Assembly (NCBI GenBank): GCA_965655095.1
Contig: OZ296653.1
Location: 9,858,001-9,922,000, forward strand
Origin: Haplodiscus bocki
Taxonomy: Eukaryota
Reading direction: 5' to 3'
DNA length: 64,000 nt
Shown here: one piece after another, positions 12,188 through 25,390 of the stretch
How positions within the stretch are numbered: position 1 is the stretch's first letter
How the letters are laid out: each line of letters opens with the position of its first letter
Notes under the pieces: model-generated
The model's input: only the letters and a program-made list of their open reading frames with translations
Told to the model about the DNA's origin: nothing
Database searches by the model: none
Program-made: the position numbers and the translations under genes

Positions 12188-14201
12188 TTGGTATCGGTAT
12201 TAAAAAACGGCGGTTTGGTCCTGCTCCCGTATTGGTAAAAATTTTCGATATCAACGCATATAATGTGTATCGATAGCCCCTACACTCTCGAATAACATCA
12301 CAAACAGATGATCATTTTTTCTATCGTGTACAATACACTTGAGTGTGACTACCTTTGGGCCAGTGGCGACTGGTAAGTGCCGGCAGTTCTAGTCAGAGTC
12401 CTCTGGACATGGAACTCCTTTAGACTGAAATATTTCTGGAGATCTTCTTTCAATAAAGTGTAAGTGTCGCCATACAACAGAATCAGGTACTCCGAAGAAT
12501 CACACACACTACCGAATGTCGACATTTTTTTGGTCAATCACATAGGAAGCAGCAACAATAAGCCAAGAAAGGTTTCATTTGCACCAAAAAAAGGATTAGA
12601 GTTGAAACCGATTGGATTAATAAATGAAGTTATAAGAGATGATAATCGGCAGCCGGGTGTTTAAAAAGATAACACTAAGGCAGGAATTAGCTAATTAATA
12701 ACCATCAAGTTGGCTGATAACAATTAAAAGCAAGAAGAGGCAAAATAAAATAATAATCCCATTGGATAAATTTTAGAAGGCAGGCAGACTAGCTGGCATA
12801 TGTTTTGAAAGCGGAAATTAAGAGCAGTTTCGATTTTCGAGAGAAAATTATAATTTCTCATTTATAAATTGTAAAACCATTCATAATTCAGCACATTATA
12901 ACGAAATAATTGTACGGTTACAATGAAAACAAATGCGTTGCAGAAATATTGTAGTTTACAGCCTAGGCACTGGTTAAGAATGTATTAATTTACTAGCATT
13001 ATAAACCAAAAAATAAATGTCAAATTTCAAAGAAATCTATAGCGAAGTGTTGATTTTACATGTAAATAATAACTCCCAGCACAAGTTCCGCAGGCCTTTA
13101 TATACTGGAAAACTGCTAATTTGGTTGTGCCTATAACTTTGAAAGCTAACACAAATTCGGTTTGCGATGAACTCTGTTCAAACGGACGACGAAATTTGAG
13201 CCCAAATTGATACACAGTGTCGATAAAGTTATGATAAATTACTCTGTTTAGTAAGACGAACATAGAGTTCTCCAATATTTGATATGCAACGAAAGAAGAG
13301 ATGTATCATTACATATATAACTTAGGCGACAGAATTAGAATTATATAATCTGGAATGGACGCTCTTGAGGATAAACTACTCTAAATTTCGGAACCACCGC
13401 AAGGATGGACAAAACAGTTCGAAGGTCGGGCAAAATACTTAATTGATGGTGGTGGCCCGTCTAGTTTAGTTATGCAAGAACTACTGTTTACTAATATAAT
13501 AACTGGTAGTTGATGATATATTTGAGTTAGTAGTTGAAAGTTAGGTGTGATTTTAGCCCAATTTGATGGCTCGTCATGCGGAACAGGAAGCCCCACCCGG
13601 TGTTTGTTCAGAGGGGGGCAGTAAATGAATTTAGACGAAGTGCAAAATGTCATCAAGTGATCTCTGAAATGTGATTGGCTGTTCGCTTTGCCCAAAGTAA
13701 ACTAAACTAAGATGATAGATACACATGTGACCTGAAAAGAATTTTGCCCTGTTAATTTACAAGTGAAATTGATGAATAAATTAGTAAGTAAGCATCTAAT
13801 ATTAGAAACGCTGACCAAACTTATATTTCTAAGCTTCGAAATTGGCGAGTTCTTTCGTTTTGATATTGAGCTTATTTCCGAACGAAGCTTCAAGCCCGAA
13901 GACGAAAGAATTTTTTCATTAGTTCTCGAGTGTTGAGCGAAACAAAACGATTACGTCATTTGATTTTGACTTGGCGTCGCTTTCGGAGGAGTTTCAACTA
14001 ATCAAGTTTAAAAAATACATTTCGCCCATATTTGGAAGAGTAGCTTCATATAACATTTATTTTCAAATACCAAGAATGACAACATGACACTTCCTTTGGA
14101 AGAATGTCAATCAAGTTAATCAATGTTCGAGCAGGTTTGAACATAAGTTGAAACTATTTCTGCAGATCAACAAATACGCATATTAGACTATGTGACGCAT
14201 A

Positions 14202-14991
14202 TGTGAGAAAAGAAAGGAACCTTTATTTGTGAATTAATACTGGACCGATACATATACTTGCGTAATACTCAAAAACGCAGAAAATCACAAATTATGTTCG
14301 AAACAAAAGTTTCCTAGAATTTCATCTAGTTTACAATGGTGTTTGTTTGAAACTTCTAGGATCACTATCATAGAAGTTAGGAGATTTTGCACCTCTATGT
14401 ATTAAGATAGGAGGTTGATTTTGCGTCACAACTTTCGATGTTTTAAGTACCTTCTACTCCGTTTTTGTTTACATTTCATATATTTTCAAGATGCCCGTCA
14501 TCCACTGATTACACTCAGAAGCCGGTAGCTCCCCAGTGTTTACACTATCAAAATGGCGAGACATTCTCTAAGAAAAAATAGTCATCCCAATGTTAATACG
14601 TTGTAAAGGGTGTCATTTCTTAGAGAATGTCTTGCCATTTTGATAGTGTAAACACTGGGGAGCAACCAGCTTCTGAGTGTAATCAGTGGATGACGGGCAT
14701 TTTGAAAATATATGAAATGTAAACAAAAACGGAGTAGAAGGTACTTAGAACATCGAAAGTTGTGACGCAAAATCAACCTCCTATCTTAATACATAGAGGT
14801 GCAAAATCTCCTAACTTCTATGATAGTGATCCTAGAAGTTTCAAACAAATACCATTGTAAACTAGATAAAATTTTAAGAAAATTTTGGTTCGAACATAAT
14901 TTGTGATTTTCTGTTGTTTTTGAGTATTACGCAAGTATCGTTCCAGTATTAATTCACAAATAAAAGGTTCCTTTCTTTTCTCACACTACGG
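14202..14991. mobile_element. Fold-back MITE copy 1 (left tip lost)
   Basis: ~375-bp inverted arms around a ~40-bp spacer; same family as the copies at 16573 and 48640. Confidence 0.9.
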
Positions 14992-16572
14992 TATTTGCTG
15001 AAGACCCAAAGTTCTGCGACCAACATGTGCGTGAAGTCAAAATCCGGTTGATAGAACGAAACTCCACAAAACGAAGGTTACACTTTTGCAACGTAAAACT
15101 ATGAACTCAAGCTGGTCGAGTTTTAATTTTGTACTTACCAAAAAAAATCTGAACAAACTGAAACCTGAAACTCCACATAACGTGAAAGAAATAACGCTGT
15201 TTTTAATGCGAGAAAGATTTTAGAGAAAACTCACTTCCAACTAAATCGAGAAGCTTCTATTACGATTAGAAAGAAATAATGAAACGAAGCACATTTACTA
15301 ATATAGAAGCTGGTTTTGCGGTTTTTGGCTCTTATTACTAATTTACCATTCACGATTCATCATCTAGTCAATTTTGAGAGACTTTGATGACAAATCAAAC
15401 GAATTTAGTTGACCTCTCGATCCAAAACAGAACTAAAATATAAAGAATAAACACGTCAGCAAATAATTTAATGATACTATTAAACAAGTTGATGAGTAAA
15501 CGTATTGAATGACCGCCAAAAAGAAGCTGGAGGGTTTCGTCAGTCATGAGTGTTACGTAATCAAATAAGCAGGGAACGGCTCAAGTCAGCGCTGCCCGTA
15601 TGGCTCAAAACATCAATGGGAGAACCCTTTCTGAGAAATTTTGCTTTCTTGACAAAACATGTTTGGCACAATCGCGTTTTTCTCTGGTAAAATTATTGTC
15701 TCACATGGCCGAAGATTTCACAGGTTGCCTTTGGTACGATGTAAACTGCTTTTGCAAAATTATAAATCAATTTTTTTTTACATTTTCCGGTCGTTGTAAG
15801 GGGGCTATCGAGAAAAAACGTTGTAACGAAGGTACAAAAATTTATTCCAATTTCTAGCCCTGGTGGTCAATTTTTGAAAATCTTGGTTTTTGCCGTAGAT
15901 AACTTTTTGCCGGTATACGTAATAGTCGTTAGAAATGGTATTTTTTGGTACATGTGCGAAAAGCTTAGTGGACGTGAGTGGTAAAGCCACAAAATATAGT
16001 GAAAGAAGGAGCGTCGTATATCCGGTTAGTTCATCGATCTTAAAAAAAATAAATACTGTAATAGTGAGGCTTTTTAGTAGAATAATACCAAGAAAAGCGG
16101 ACTGAAAATGAAAAAAAATTGAAATTACTTTGAAGTAAGTCAATTTGGTTTTTCCCAATTATAATTAAAAATGGAGGCAATTTTAAGGAACGTTCGTCGG
16201 ATATAACTTTTCTTAATTCTCCAAACTTTTCAACAAATTTCTTGACAGCAATACTTATACTTTGAGTCGAGACAAACTGGTACTGCATTATTCTATTCAA
16301 TAAATTGGCGCACAACGTAGCTGGAGTTTGGTGCCGACTGTCAAGAACTAGCTAGAAAATGAGATAGGAAAATTCACAAATAGGCTAATAAACTTAACGC
16401 TTCACGAATTTGTAAGAATTTGTTTCCAAGCAAGTAACAAAACTAAAAACCGAGGAATACAGGCTGTTTATAGCGTACTATGAACATAATTTTGTAAATT
16501 CGGATGAGCTGGGAACTAAAGTAAAAAAATATTGAACATTGAATACAAACAAGCATTTTGGGACATAGATTA

Positions 16573-17372
16573 CAGTAGTGTGATAAAAGAAAGGAACCTT
16601 TTATTTGTGATTTAATAATGGAACGCTGCATATACTTGCGTAATACTCAAAAACAACAGAAAATCACAAATTATGTTCGAAACAAAAGTTTTTTAGAATT
16701 TCATCTAGTTTACAATGGTGTTTGTTTGCAACTTCTAAGATCATTATTATAGAAGTGAGCAGATTTTGCACCTCTATGTATTAAGATAGGAGGTTGATTT
16801 TGCGTCACAACTTTCGATGCTTTAAGTACTTTCTACTCCGTTTTTGTTTACATTTCATATATTTTCAAGATGCCCGTCATCCACTGATTACACTCAGAAG
16901 CTGGTAGCTCCCCAGTGTTTACACTATCAAAATGGCGAGACATTCTCTAAGAAAAAATAGTCATCCCAATGTTAATACGTTGTAAAGGGTGTCATTTCTT
17001 AGAGAAAGTCTTGCCATTTTGATAGTGTAAACACTGGGGAGCTGCCAACTTCTGAGTTTAATCAGTGGATGACGGGCATCTTACAGTATATGAAATGTAA
17101 ACAAAAACGGACTAGAAAGTACTTAAAGCATCGAAAGTTGTGACGCAAAATCAACCTCGTATCTTAATACATAGAGGTGCAAAATCTGCTAACTTCTATA
17201 ATAATGATCTTAGAAATTTCACACAAACACCATTGTAAACTAGATAAAATTCTAAGAAACTTTTGTTTCGGACATAATTTTTAATTTCAGTTTTTTTTAG
17301 TATTACGCAAGTATATGTAGCGTTCCATTATTAAATCACAAATAAAGGTTCTTTTCTTTTATCACACTACTG
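16573..17372. mobile_element. Fold-back MITE copy 2, Tc1/mariner type
   Basis: TA|CAGTAGTG...CACTACTG|TA: 800-bp palindrome with TA TSD. Confidence 0.93.
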
Positions 17373-17884
17373 TAGATATGAGTCGTGTGCACATTAACAC
17401 ATAAAAAAATGCTGTCTGGAGCTTGCGATGTTTTTTAATATTTGAGATAAATCAAATTTTATTTTAGGAGATCAGAGTTAGTTTCACGACAAACAGAAAT
17501 GGAAAAGTTTTTATTAATCGAATTTTTGGAGATCAATTGGACCGTGCAATAAAAAAATATGGAGCACAAATTACATGAGCAGATTTTTTCTCGAAGAGTC
17601 ATGTACGAAGATTTTTTATTGAGCACAAACACGCTATATTTTATTTTAATATATTGTTAAATTAGCTGAAACTATCTAAAGTGAATTTATTTGGAAGATG
17701 TAATTTCATAGTTGTTATGGTACCTTACTTTTTGGTGTTTGCTCCGGCCAGAAAACTCAGTAATAATAAATAGTATTATTTAACAAAAATTTCCACTATA
17801 ACCCTCTCCTTGATATATTATAGAAATCGATCAACGGTGTTTGCTGATGGGTAGTTTCAATGATCTGCATTTGAATCAAAACAA

Positions 17885-18200
17885 TCCGCCCAGCAAGCAA
17901 GAGGATATCTTCCGCCCTCCAACTTTGTTATTTTCAAAAAGCATTCTACAGCAAAAATACAATTTTTCCTAATTTGAAAATCTTTCAAAAATCTATCTTT
18001 TGGTCGAAAAGGGCGTTTTGAAGAAATATTGCTATCTGGGACGCATTCTAGAGCACATGCAATTTGGTGCTAAAAAATTGGAAATCGTTTTATTTGCCAG
18101 AATCGTGCAATTGACCAGTAAACGTAGCAACGGCAATTGGATGGGATGATTTTTCTTCCAAATTCAAATATTCAAATACAAGCGGAAAATGAGAGGATCA
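17885..18200 (+). repeat. Old dispersed repeat (related copy at ~54243-54640)
   Basis: Shared blocks CGCCC.GC...TTCC.CC.TCCAAC and GTGCAATTG....GTAAACGTA in both copies. Confidence 0.5.
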
Positions 18201-18506
18201 TACAAATGATCTTTACATTCTTTTAAGCCTTTTTATTGGGATAATTTAAATGATATTCCATTCCTTTTACTTTTCCGCAAAAAAAAACGAAATTGAAGAG
18301 ATTTGAACTACCGACGCTGAGATTTTGAAGCAGCCAAAATGATCTGCTCGTTTTAAATTACTTGAAAAATGCTGGTCTGACCAAATGAAAACTGACAGGA
18401 TTTCTTCAAAAAACTGTTAATATTCTTCACACACACAGGTATAAATCCTTAGCGGAGTATTTGGGCCAATTTGTTCACTTTAACAAAAAATTGATTTTCC
18501 TTTTAG

Positions 18507-18615
18507 GACATTTGTATCTCGGCCAACAAAGAGAAAGACATAGACGCTAAACTCAAGGCAGTGGAGGCAGAATGGAACACTCACATCTTCATTTTCGCCC
18601 AATTCAAAAGCAGAG
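18507..18615 (+). CDS. DNAH5: Axonemal outer-arm dynein heavy chain, exon a
   Basis: TTTTAG|GAC...AGA G|GTAAAT. Encodes [37 protein letters not shown], matching DNAH5/8 (DICISAVKERDIEQKL...FKTRG). Too short for the ORF track. Confidence 0.92.
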
Positions 18616-20099
18616 GTAAATTACAATCGTATTATTTTTTTATCCCGCCACGTAAATTTTCCTACAAGTTAAACCAAGTTATGAAATTATGCATTAATTA
18701 CGAGTGAATTACATCATTAGTAGATCAATGAACTAACCTAAATCATAATTTGTATCGATTTGCACTTTGGTTTGACATTATTTGGAGCCTCTTGAGAGTT
18801 TCCCAGTTTTTATACAAAATTTCAACAGAGTCAGGGGCCTAAATTTTACCAATTGGACGAGCGTAGCAAATAATTGAGCAGTTGCCACGCCTCAAAAATA
18901 TCATTTAACAGCAAAGCAAAAAATTTTAATCTAGACAAGATAACGAAATGTTTTGAACTAATTAACAGAGTACTCTTCAATTTAAATTCTAGAAAGACAA
19001 TCACAGGTTTTCTCTTTTTAAAACTAGGAGACACTTGAAAATGAAAAACTAGAAGCAAAAAAGCTTCTGCATACGACCGAGGTATCTTTTTACAACACAA
19101 TTGAGGGCTTGCCGAAAACTTTCAAGTAATGTTTGATACCGTTAAACTATCGAATTGCAAAGTTCATAAAAATGACAAACCGATTTCGGTTGAACACTAT
19201 TAAGAAAAAGAATAGGTTAACTGAAAAATAGGCATTGGCTAAATCAACCAACATATAACAGGCTTTTGATAGACCGCTGAATGAAAGAAATTAAATGGGT
19301 AGTTTAGGAGAAAAACTTTTGAAAATTGAGGAAATTCGACACCACTTGTCTTAAATTTTTTTAAAATGCAATTTCTTGAAAGTGAAATCAATAATTGCAA
19401 ATTTGCTTGAATAACACCAACCTACAGACACATCTACCGATTATGCTGTGGACGAAAATTAAATCGGTAGTTGGAGAGAAAAACTATTATTAATAAATGA
19501 CTAACTACGACAGTATATGCTTCTGAGGTAAAGGCACGACCAACATTTTCAAAAAATAAGTCCATTAAATAAGTCCAAAAAGAAAAAGAACAAAATATAT
19601 AAGCGTCCTCCACTTTAACACACTTCCGCCAAAGCAAAACTAGAAAACAAGTATATATGTTTTTTATAGGAGCCACCGTACTACAAAAACTAATGATTAA
19701 AGAATTGAACAAATTTAATTGACTGAGCTAAGTCTTATACACTTTTGAAAAACGTGTACCAACTACAAACAGCTATAACAATTATTTCGCTTCATTGTTA
19801 AAACAATCGTGCACGGTGCAAAATGGCCTATGTGAACAAATTTTTGCAACTACGCAAGAGAGAATGAACAAAACTCAAGAACAATAGAGTCCAGGAAAAA
19901 ATGCGATTTGTGAACGGATCGGAAAAAAACAAAGTGCCAAAGCCTTTCAAACAGTACTTACTTGTGCAAGAGTAATCAATTTATACAGAACAGCCTTTCA
20001 AAAAAACCCAAGTCGAAGAATTCAATGCCTTGTCGAGGAGAGAAACGAATCAAAAAATTGGCAAAAATCTCCACCCTATGCTTTGAAGCAGTACTTCCA

Positions 20100-21010
20100 T
20101 AATCATTTTTAGAAACGGAAACGAAACGTCTGAAATGATCCATTTAAATCAATGTACATATGAAGCTCTGCTGTTCATGCTTCGGATGAGAAAAAGTTGA
20201 ACGGTTAAGAGAACCATTTTGAAAGCCTAAAATCGATATAATATGCGTCCCAAGCAGCAACGATTGGACCGTCATTTTCAAAAATTAGAACGACATTGCA
20301 AGAAATGCTCTATTCAAGTGAACTTACAAAAGAAAAGCTGTCGATTAAGCAATAAATGAATTGAGCGGGTAGGTTTACAGCAAAAGCATTTGAAAAATTG
20401 ACTGAAATCGACATCTTTTGGACGTGCAGCAATAATTGGACCTCAATTTTTGAAAGTTGGAACAGAATTTCTCCAATTAATTGAATTGGGTATTAAAAAG
20501 CTCTCATTTAGATTGTAAATGAAAACGATTCAGCTGGTATATTGAAAAAAAACACTTGGAAAAATGACGAAAATCGAAGCCATACGCATCCATGCGTATA
20601 TTTTAACTGTAATTTTTAGGATATGGAACGACATTTGGAAAAACTGCACCACTTGAACCGATGCACATATTTTGAAAAGTCGATTAATGCGTAAATTGAA
20701 AAATTGAGTGGGCAGGGTAGAAGAAAAGGCGTTAGGAAAAATGACTTCGAGAAATCGACTTTATATGCATTTTTAGCAGTGTTTCGACCATCATCTCTAA
20801 AAACAAAGCAAATTTTGGAAGAAGAGCTCCACTTAAGTCAATCTACATATAGTAAATTTCGATTAAGCCATAGATAAAACGAATTCAGTAATCAGTTTAG
20901 TAGGAGAAAGATCATTTTCAAAATGTACTAAAATCAACTTCTTAGGCCTTTTGGTCAGATTTTGGCCATCCTAATTAGAAAATAGAAACACGCAAAAATC
21001 GGTTCGACTT
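20100..21010. repeat. Diverged ~170-180-bp tandem repeat
   Basis: TCGATTAA...AATT(G/C)AG...AAATCGAC-type blocks recur at 20341, ~20504, 20680 and 20859; related block at ~19290. Confidence 0.55.
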
Positions 21011-21196
21011 AAACTCTTTAGATTTCTTTGGAAGGAAAAACTTTGAAAAGGTGAAAAAAAAACAGAAAACGATTGTCGACAATGAGGATTTTGAGGTAGA
21101 TGAAAAAAACTATACGATATCTTACACTTCCTCGGAAAATTTTTTCTTCGGTCGTAAAAAATCTCGAGTTGGGTATGTTGATTTGTATGCGTTTAG

Positions 21197-21287
21197 GCAA
21201 CTTGCTGTTGAGAGGAGACAATATCCAGGTAATCAACACTGCCCTGGAAGACTCACTCATGGTGCTCAGCTCACTTTTGAGCAACAG
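21197..21287 (+). CDS. DNAH5: Dynein heavy chain exon b
   Basis: TTTAG|GC...AAC AG|GTGAG. Encodes GNLLLRGDNIQVINTALEDSLMVLSSLLSNR; phases match neighbouring exons. Confidence 0.95.
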
Positions 21288-21714
21288 GTGAGAAAACTCT
21301 CAAATGACACAATCTTTCTGTGCTCATTATCAAAACAAACAACAGAAAAACAAAGTTCAAGTAGTCAGGAGCCAGCATTAAAACTTCTCATTTGACATGA
21401 AAGTCCACAAATCCAATTGGGGGTCTCTGAGATTACTTTTACTGACACTTCTATTGTGTAATAATTGAAAAAAAAAACGAAACGCGGAAACGCTAGGCCA
21501 AAATTCTCATTCTCAGTCTCTCAGCTTGAGTTTATAGATTACATACTCTTATTGCTATCAGTATTATTTGATGAAAAATGAAGTTCCATATCGATTATCG
21601 TGCAAAACAAGACATGCACTAACTATTATTCCATAGTACATCATGAAGGTTCATTATTCCTGACAAAATCATGACTCTTTGATCAATTACTATTTTTCTT
21701 TTTTTTCTGCTCAG

Positions 21715-22032
21715 GTATAACGTGCCCTTCAAAAAGAAGATCCAGCAATGGGTCACTGACCTGTCCAACACGCAGGAGATCCTAGAGAACTGGATGATAG
21801 TGCAGAACCTGTGGGTCTACCTCGAGGCAGTGTTTGTGGGGGGAGACATCGCAAAGCAGCTGCCCCAGGAGGCCAAGAGGTTCACCAACATCGACAAGTC
21901 TTGGGTGAAGATCATGACCAAGGCTCAGGAGACAACTAATGTCAAACAGTGTTGCACTTCTGACGACACTTGCAAAGATATGTTGCCCCACTTGAAAGAC
22001 CAGCTGGAAATTTGCCAGAAATCGCTCACGGG
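21715..22032 (+). CDS. DNAH5: Dynein heavy chain exon c
   Basis: CTCAG|G...ACG GG|GTAATT. Encodes [12 protein letters not shown]...[28 protein letters not shown]...[11 protein letters not shown]. Confidence 0.97.
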
Positions 22033-23923
22033 GTAATTTTTTTTTAAAAAGTTTAGAATTCATCCGAAGCATTCTTTGGTAGTATTGCCAATCATCTCTG
22101 ATTGACCTTCAAAAAGAAAAACGTCAAATAACCCCGAGGAATTTCATTGTCGCATGGCATTATTTACAGATATCTTAACAAAAGGTCCCATTGGAGACTC
22201 GAACATCGAAGCGAGTGCATTGAACGATCATCATTTTTTCAATCAATTTCCAAACATCTGCGAAACATCCTCAACAAACAATAGAAAAAACTCCATAAAC
22301 AAAAACTGTCAGAAATTATCAGAGTAAAAAAATCAAGGAGTTGAGCTAACTTCAGATAAACTGACGGATAAAGTTGAAAACGCAGGCAGTTATTACCTTC
22401 TCAAAAAATGAAAAAAAAAACGTGCCATCACTTGTTGATTCATGCATTGGTGGCAAACCCTTGAAACTATTCCTGAGAAAGATTGATTTTCAAGATTTTT
22501 TCTTTAAAAAACCAGACGAAAAAATTTCACACCAACTAAAAGTTACTCCATCTGATGTTACGGTTATAAAAAAATCGACGTATTTTGAAGACCAAGGAGC
22601 CGAGAAAAAAATACAATAAATTGACTTGAAAAATCTCAAAAATGACAAAAATAGCTCAATTTTGAAGTTTCGGTCGCAAAAAAATGGCACTACAATCAAA
22701 CTTTAGTATGCGACAAAACGGAGTTTTCTCGCTGAATCTTTGCAAAATTTAGGCGGCCCACTTGCGGAAATAATCGACTTCTTATGTGACAAACTATTGT
22801 CGAAGTAGAAAAATTGGCTTGATTATCATGTTTCTTTCGCAAAAAATCTATTGAAAAATGTCGAATCGCAACCAAAATTTAATATCTGGTAGACTGAAGT
22901 TGTCTTAGGAAAATATCAACAAAAATTTTGGCACTGATTTTTTTTTCATTCTTGGGAGCTAAAGAGGCTTCGCTCCAATTTCATTACGCTCGTCTAAAAA
23001 ACAAAATGCCAAAAAAATTGAAGAACGCACCGATTAGAAAATGCATCGAATTACTTAGCATCCAAAGAAAGTAAATGACGAAATCAACTGACAGCAGTAA
23101 TACCGACACTTTTCGTGACACCCCTTTGCACACGCCGAAAAAATCAACTCCCCTATTTCAAACTAATTATTGGCAGGCACACAATACAATTTTTTTCAAT
23201 ACAAAAAAACCCAGAAATTTGTGATGTTCTCGTTCACATTCCCAGCCTGTTCCTGGCTTGTTAAATAAACAACCCTGTTCCTGGCTTGAGTTGCAAACAG
23301 AAAAACTATTAAAGTTGAATACCGAATTTTAGTTTCAAAACTCTACAAAGTTGGCGTTTGTGGCGAATTGTCAAGTGGCGATTAATCGAGTGTGTAGTTT
23401 AGATGTAACCGAACACATCTACCTTTACATATTTTCACATACAGCAACCCCAGCTGTGCTCAGCTACATGAAAACTTAAATAAGCAGGTGAGAAAATTAC
23501 AACTGCTATATAGTTACAAGTTTGACGTTACAATTCATCGATATAAATATCTGGAAAAAAAGGTCAAGGCATGTCCCTATAATATCGAATACCTTCGACT
23601 TCGATAATAAAATATAGCACCCCAGAATGGAAATAGAATTCACAATGCCAAAAAAAAATGATACAAGCTCCCATTTGTCAAAATTTACAACATGCTAAAA
23701 AGATTCCTTAAGAGTAATATACCCGAAGAACGAAAAGCAGAAGATTTTCGAGATGCAACGTTCGACGAAACAACTGAACACCCTCTTTTAACATGGAAAA
23801 CACGACGTTAAAAATTCAAAATTTATGCAAAACTGAAATATGAGTAAAAAATTTCCACTAGAAACGGCCTTCTTCACAATACAACCTCTAATAACAATGT
23901 CAAGAAGCTTCTTTGGCTTTCAG

Positions 23924-24293
23924 ATATCTGGAAAAGAAACGATTGCTGTTCCCTCGCTTCTTCTTCGTCTCAGATCCGGCTCTTCTGGAAATTCTGGGCC
24001 AGGCCAGCGACCCACACACCATCCAGAACCACCTACTGTCCATATTTGACAACACGAAACGAGTTAAGTTCCACGAGAAGAACCGAGATCTGATCCTCAA
24101 AATAATTTCCTCCGAGGGCGAGGAGATAGAACTGGAAAAACCGGTCAAGTGTGAGAACACTGTGGAGAACTGGCTGACTACTCTGCTGAACATGGCACAG
24201 AAGTCTTTACACGGCGTCATCAGAGCTGCTTCTGTGATTATAAACGACTCCAGCTTCAACTTCATCGAGTTCCTGGACAACTATCCCGCACAG
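23924..24293 (+). CDS. DNAH5: Dynein heavy chain exon d
   Basis: TTTCAG|A...CAG|GTAAGA. Encodes [31 protein letters not shown]...NYPAQ. Confidence 0.97.
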
Positions 24294-24585
24294 GTAAGAA
24301 TTACACGCATTTACTGAAAACTAATATATATATAATTTGAGAGTTATTTGATAAGGCTACTTTATAATATTTCAAAATCATCTGGTCATAAAAATTCACC
24401 CAATTAAAATTACCGAAAAGGGATTAGAAGAAATAAAAATGAAAACCTTACAAAGATTGTTTAATTAAAATAATTGCAAACAAAAAATACTTCTAATCGA
24501 CAACGGCCTAATTAAAATGAGCCCAAAAACAGCTCAAGTATATCGCTAGCACCAACAGCTTAAGCACCAACATTTTGTATGCGCT

Positions 24586-25390
24586 CCCGGTTTGAGGTCC
24601 CAGAGACAATCAGCGCTGTTTCAGAGATTTGACATTTCTCAGCGCTGATTGAGATCACGCAAAATACCAGTGCTGTGTCAGATCTGATCAGCTCTGATTT
24701 TCTGAACGCTGAAACAATTGGTTTTCAGCACTGATTTACTCTGAATCAGCGCTGATATCTACACGTGCAGATGAGAACAATAACTTGTGATAAAGTAGTC
24801 AAAAAGTGATGGGAACGCATAAAGTGGTTAACGAAATGGCATTCCAGGTATTTGAAAAATTTAAATTTTCCTATTTTTCTGTTGAATTTTTCTGCGAAAA
24901 CTCAAAATTTCTGCAACATTCTTGAAAGCTCATTCCACTAAACGGGAAAATGCTTTTGAAAACTTCAACCATATCAGTTTCCTCACTTGAGCAGCATCAA
25001 AGGACCCAAAAAATTTAGTGTATTTTATATCTTTGGCCTGCCAAAAGATTGGGCCATTTAGACTGAAAATCAGAATTCTGTGCCTCGAAATTGAGGTACT
25101 TCAAAAAATACGAAAAAATTGAATTGAAAAATGTCATCCTAAATCCACGAAAAATCAGCGCTGATCAGAGCTGTTTCGGAGAAGATAAGCGCTGTTTAAG
25201 AGGAAATCAGCCCTGTTTTGCTGCACTGAAAAAATAGGTTTTCCGCGCTGGTAAAAGCTGAATCAGCGCTGTTCAGAGATTTTCAAGTAATGTACAGTGC
25301 TGAATCAGAACTGAAACAGCTTTGGTTAGCGCTGATAATTTCTGAACCACAGGTGATCAGCGCTGAAATCCTCTGAGACCTCAACCCGAG
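24586..25390. mobile_element. Non-autonomous TIR element, CACTA/EnSpm-like
   Basis: ~20-bp TIR CCCGGTTTGAGGTCCCAGAG / CTCTGAGACCTCAACCCGAG, 2-bp CT flanks, and many subterminal TCAGCGCTGA palindromes at both ends. The superfamily call is inference. Confidence 0.7.

Noticed and set aside
12330-13700. Possible LTR/retroelement remnant
   Set aside because: Composition is suggestive, but I found no convincing termini, PBS, TSD or protein motif.
21782-24280. Minus-strand ORFs at 21782-22072 and 23900-24280 (also 57655-57918)
   Set aside because: Antisense shadows of dynein exons.
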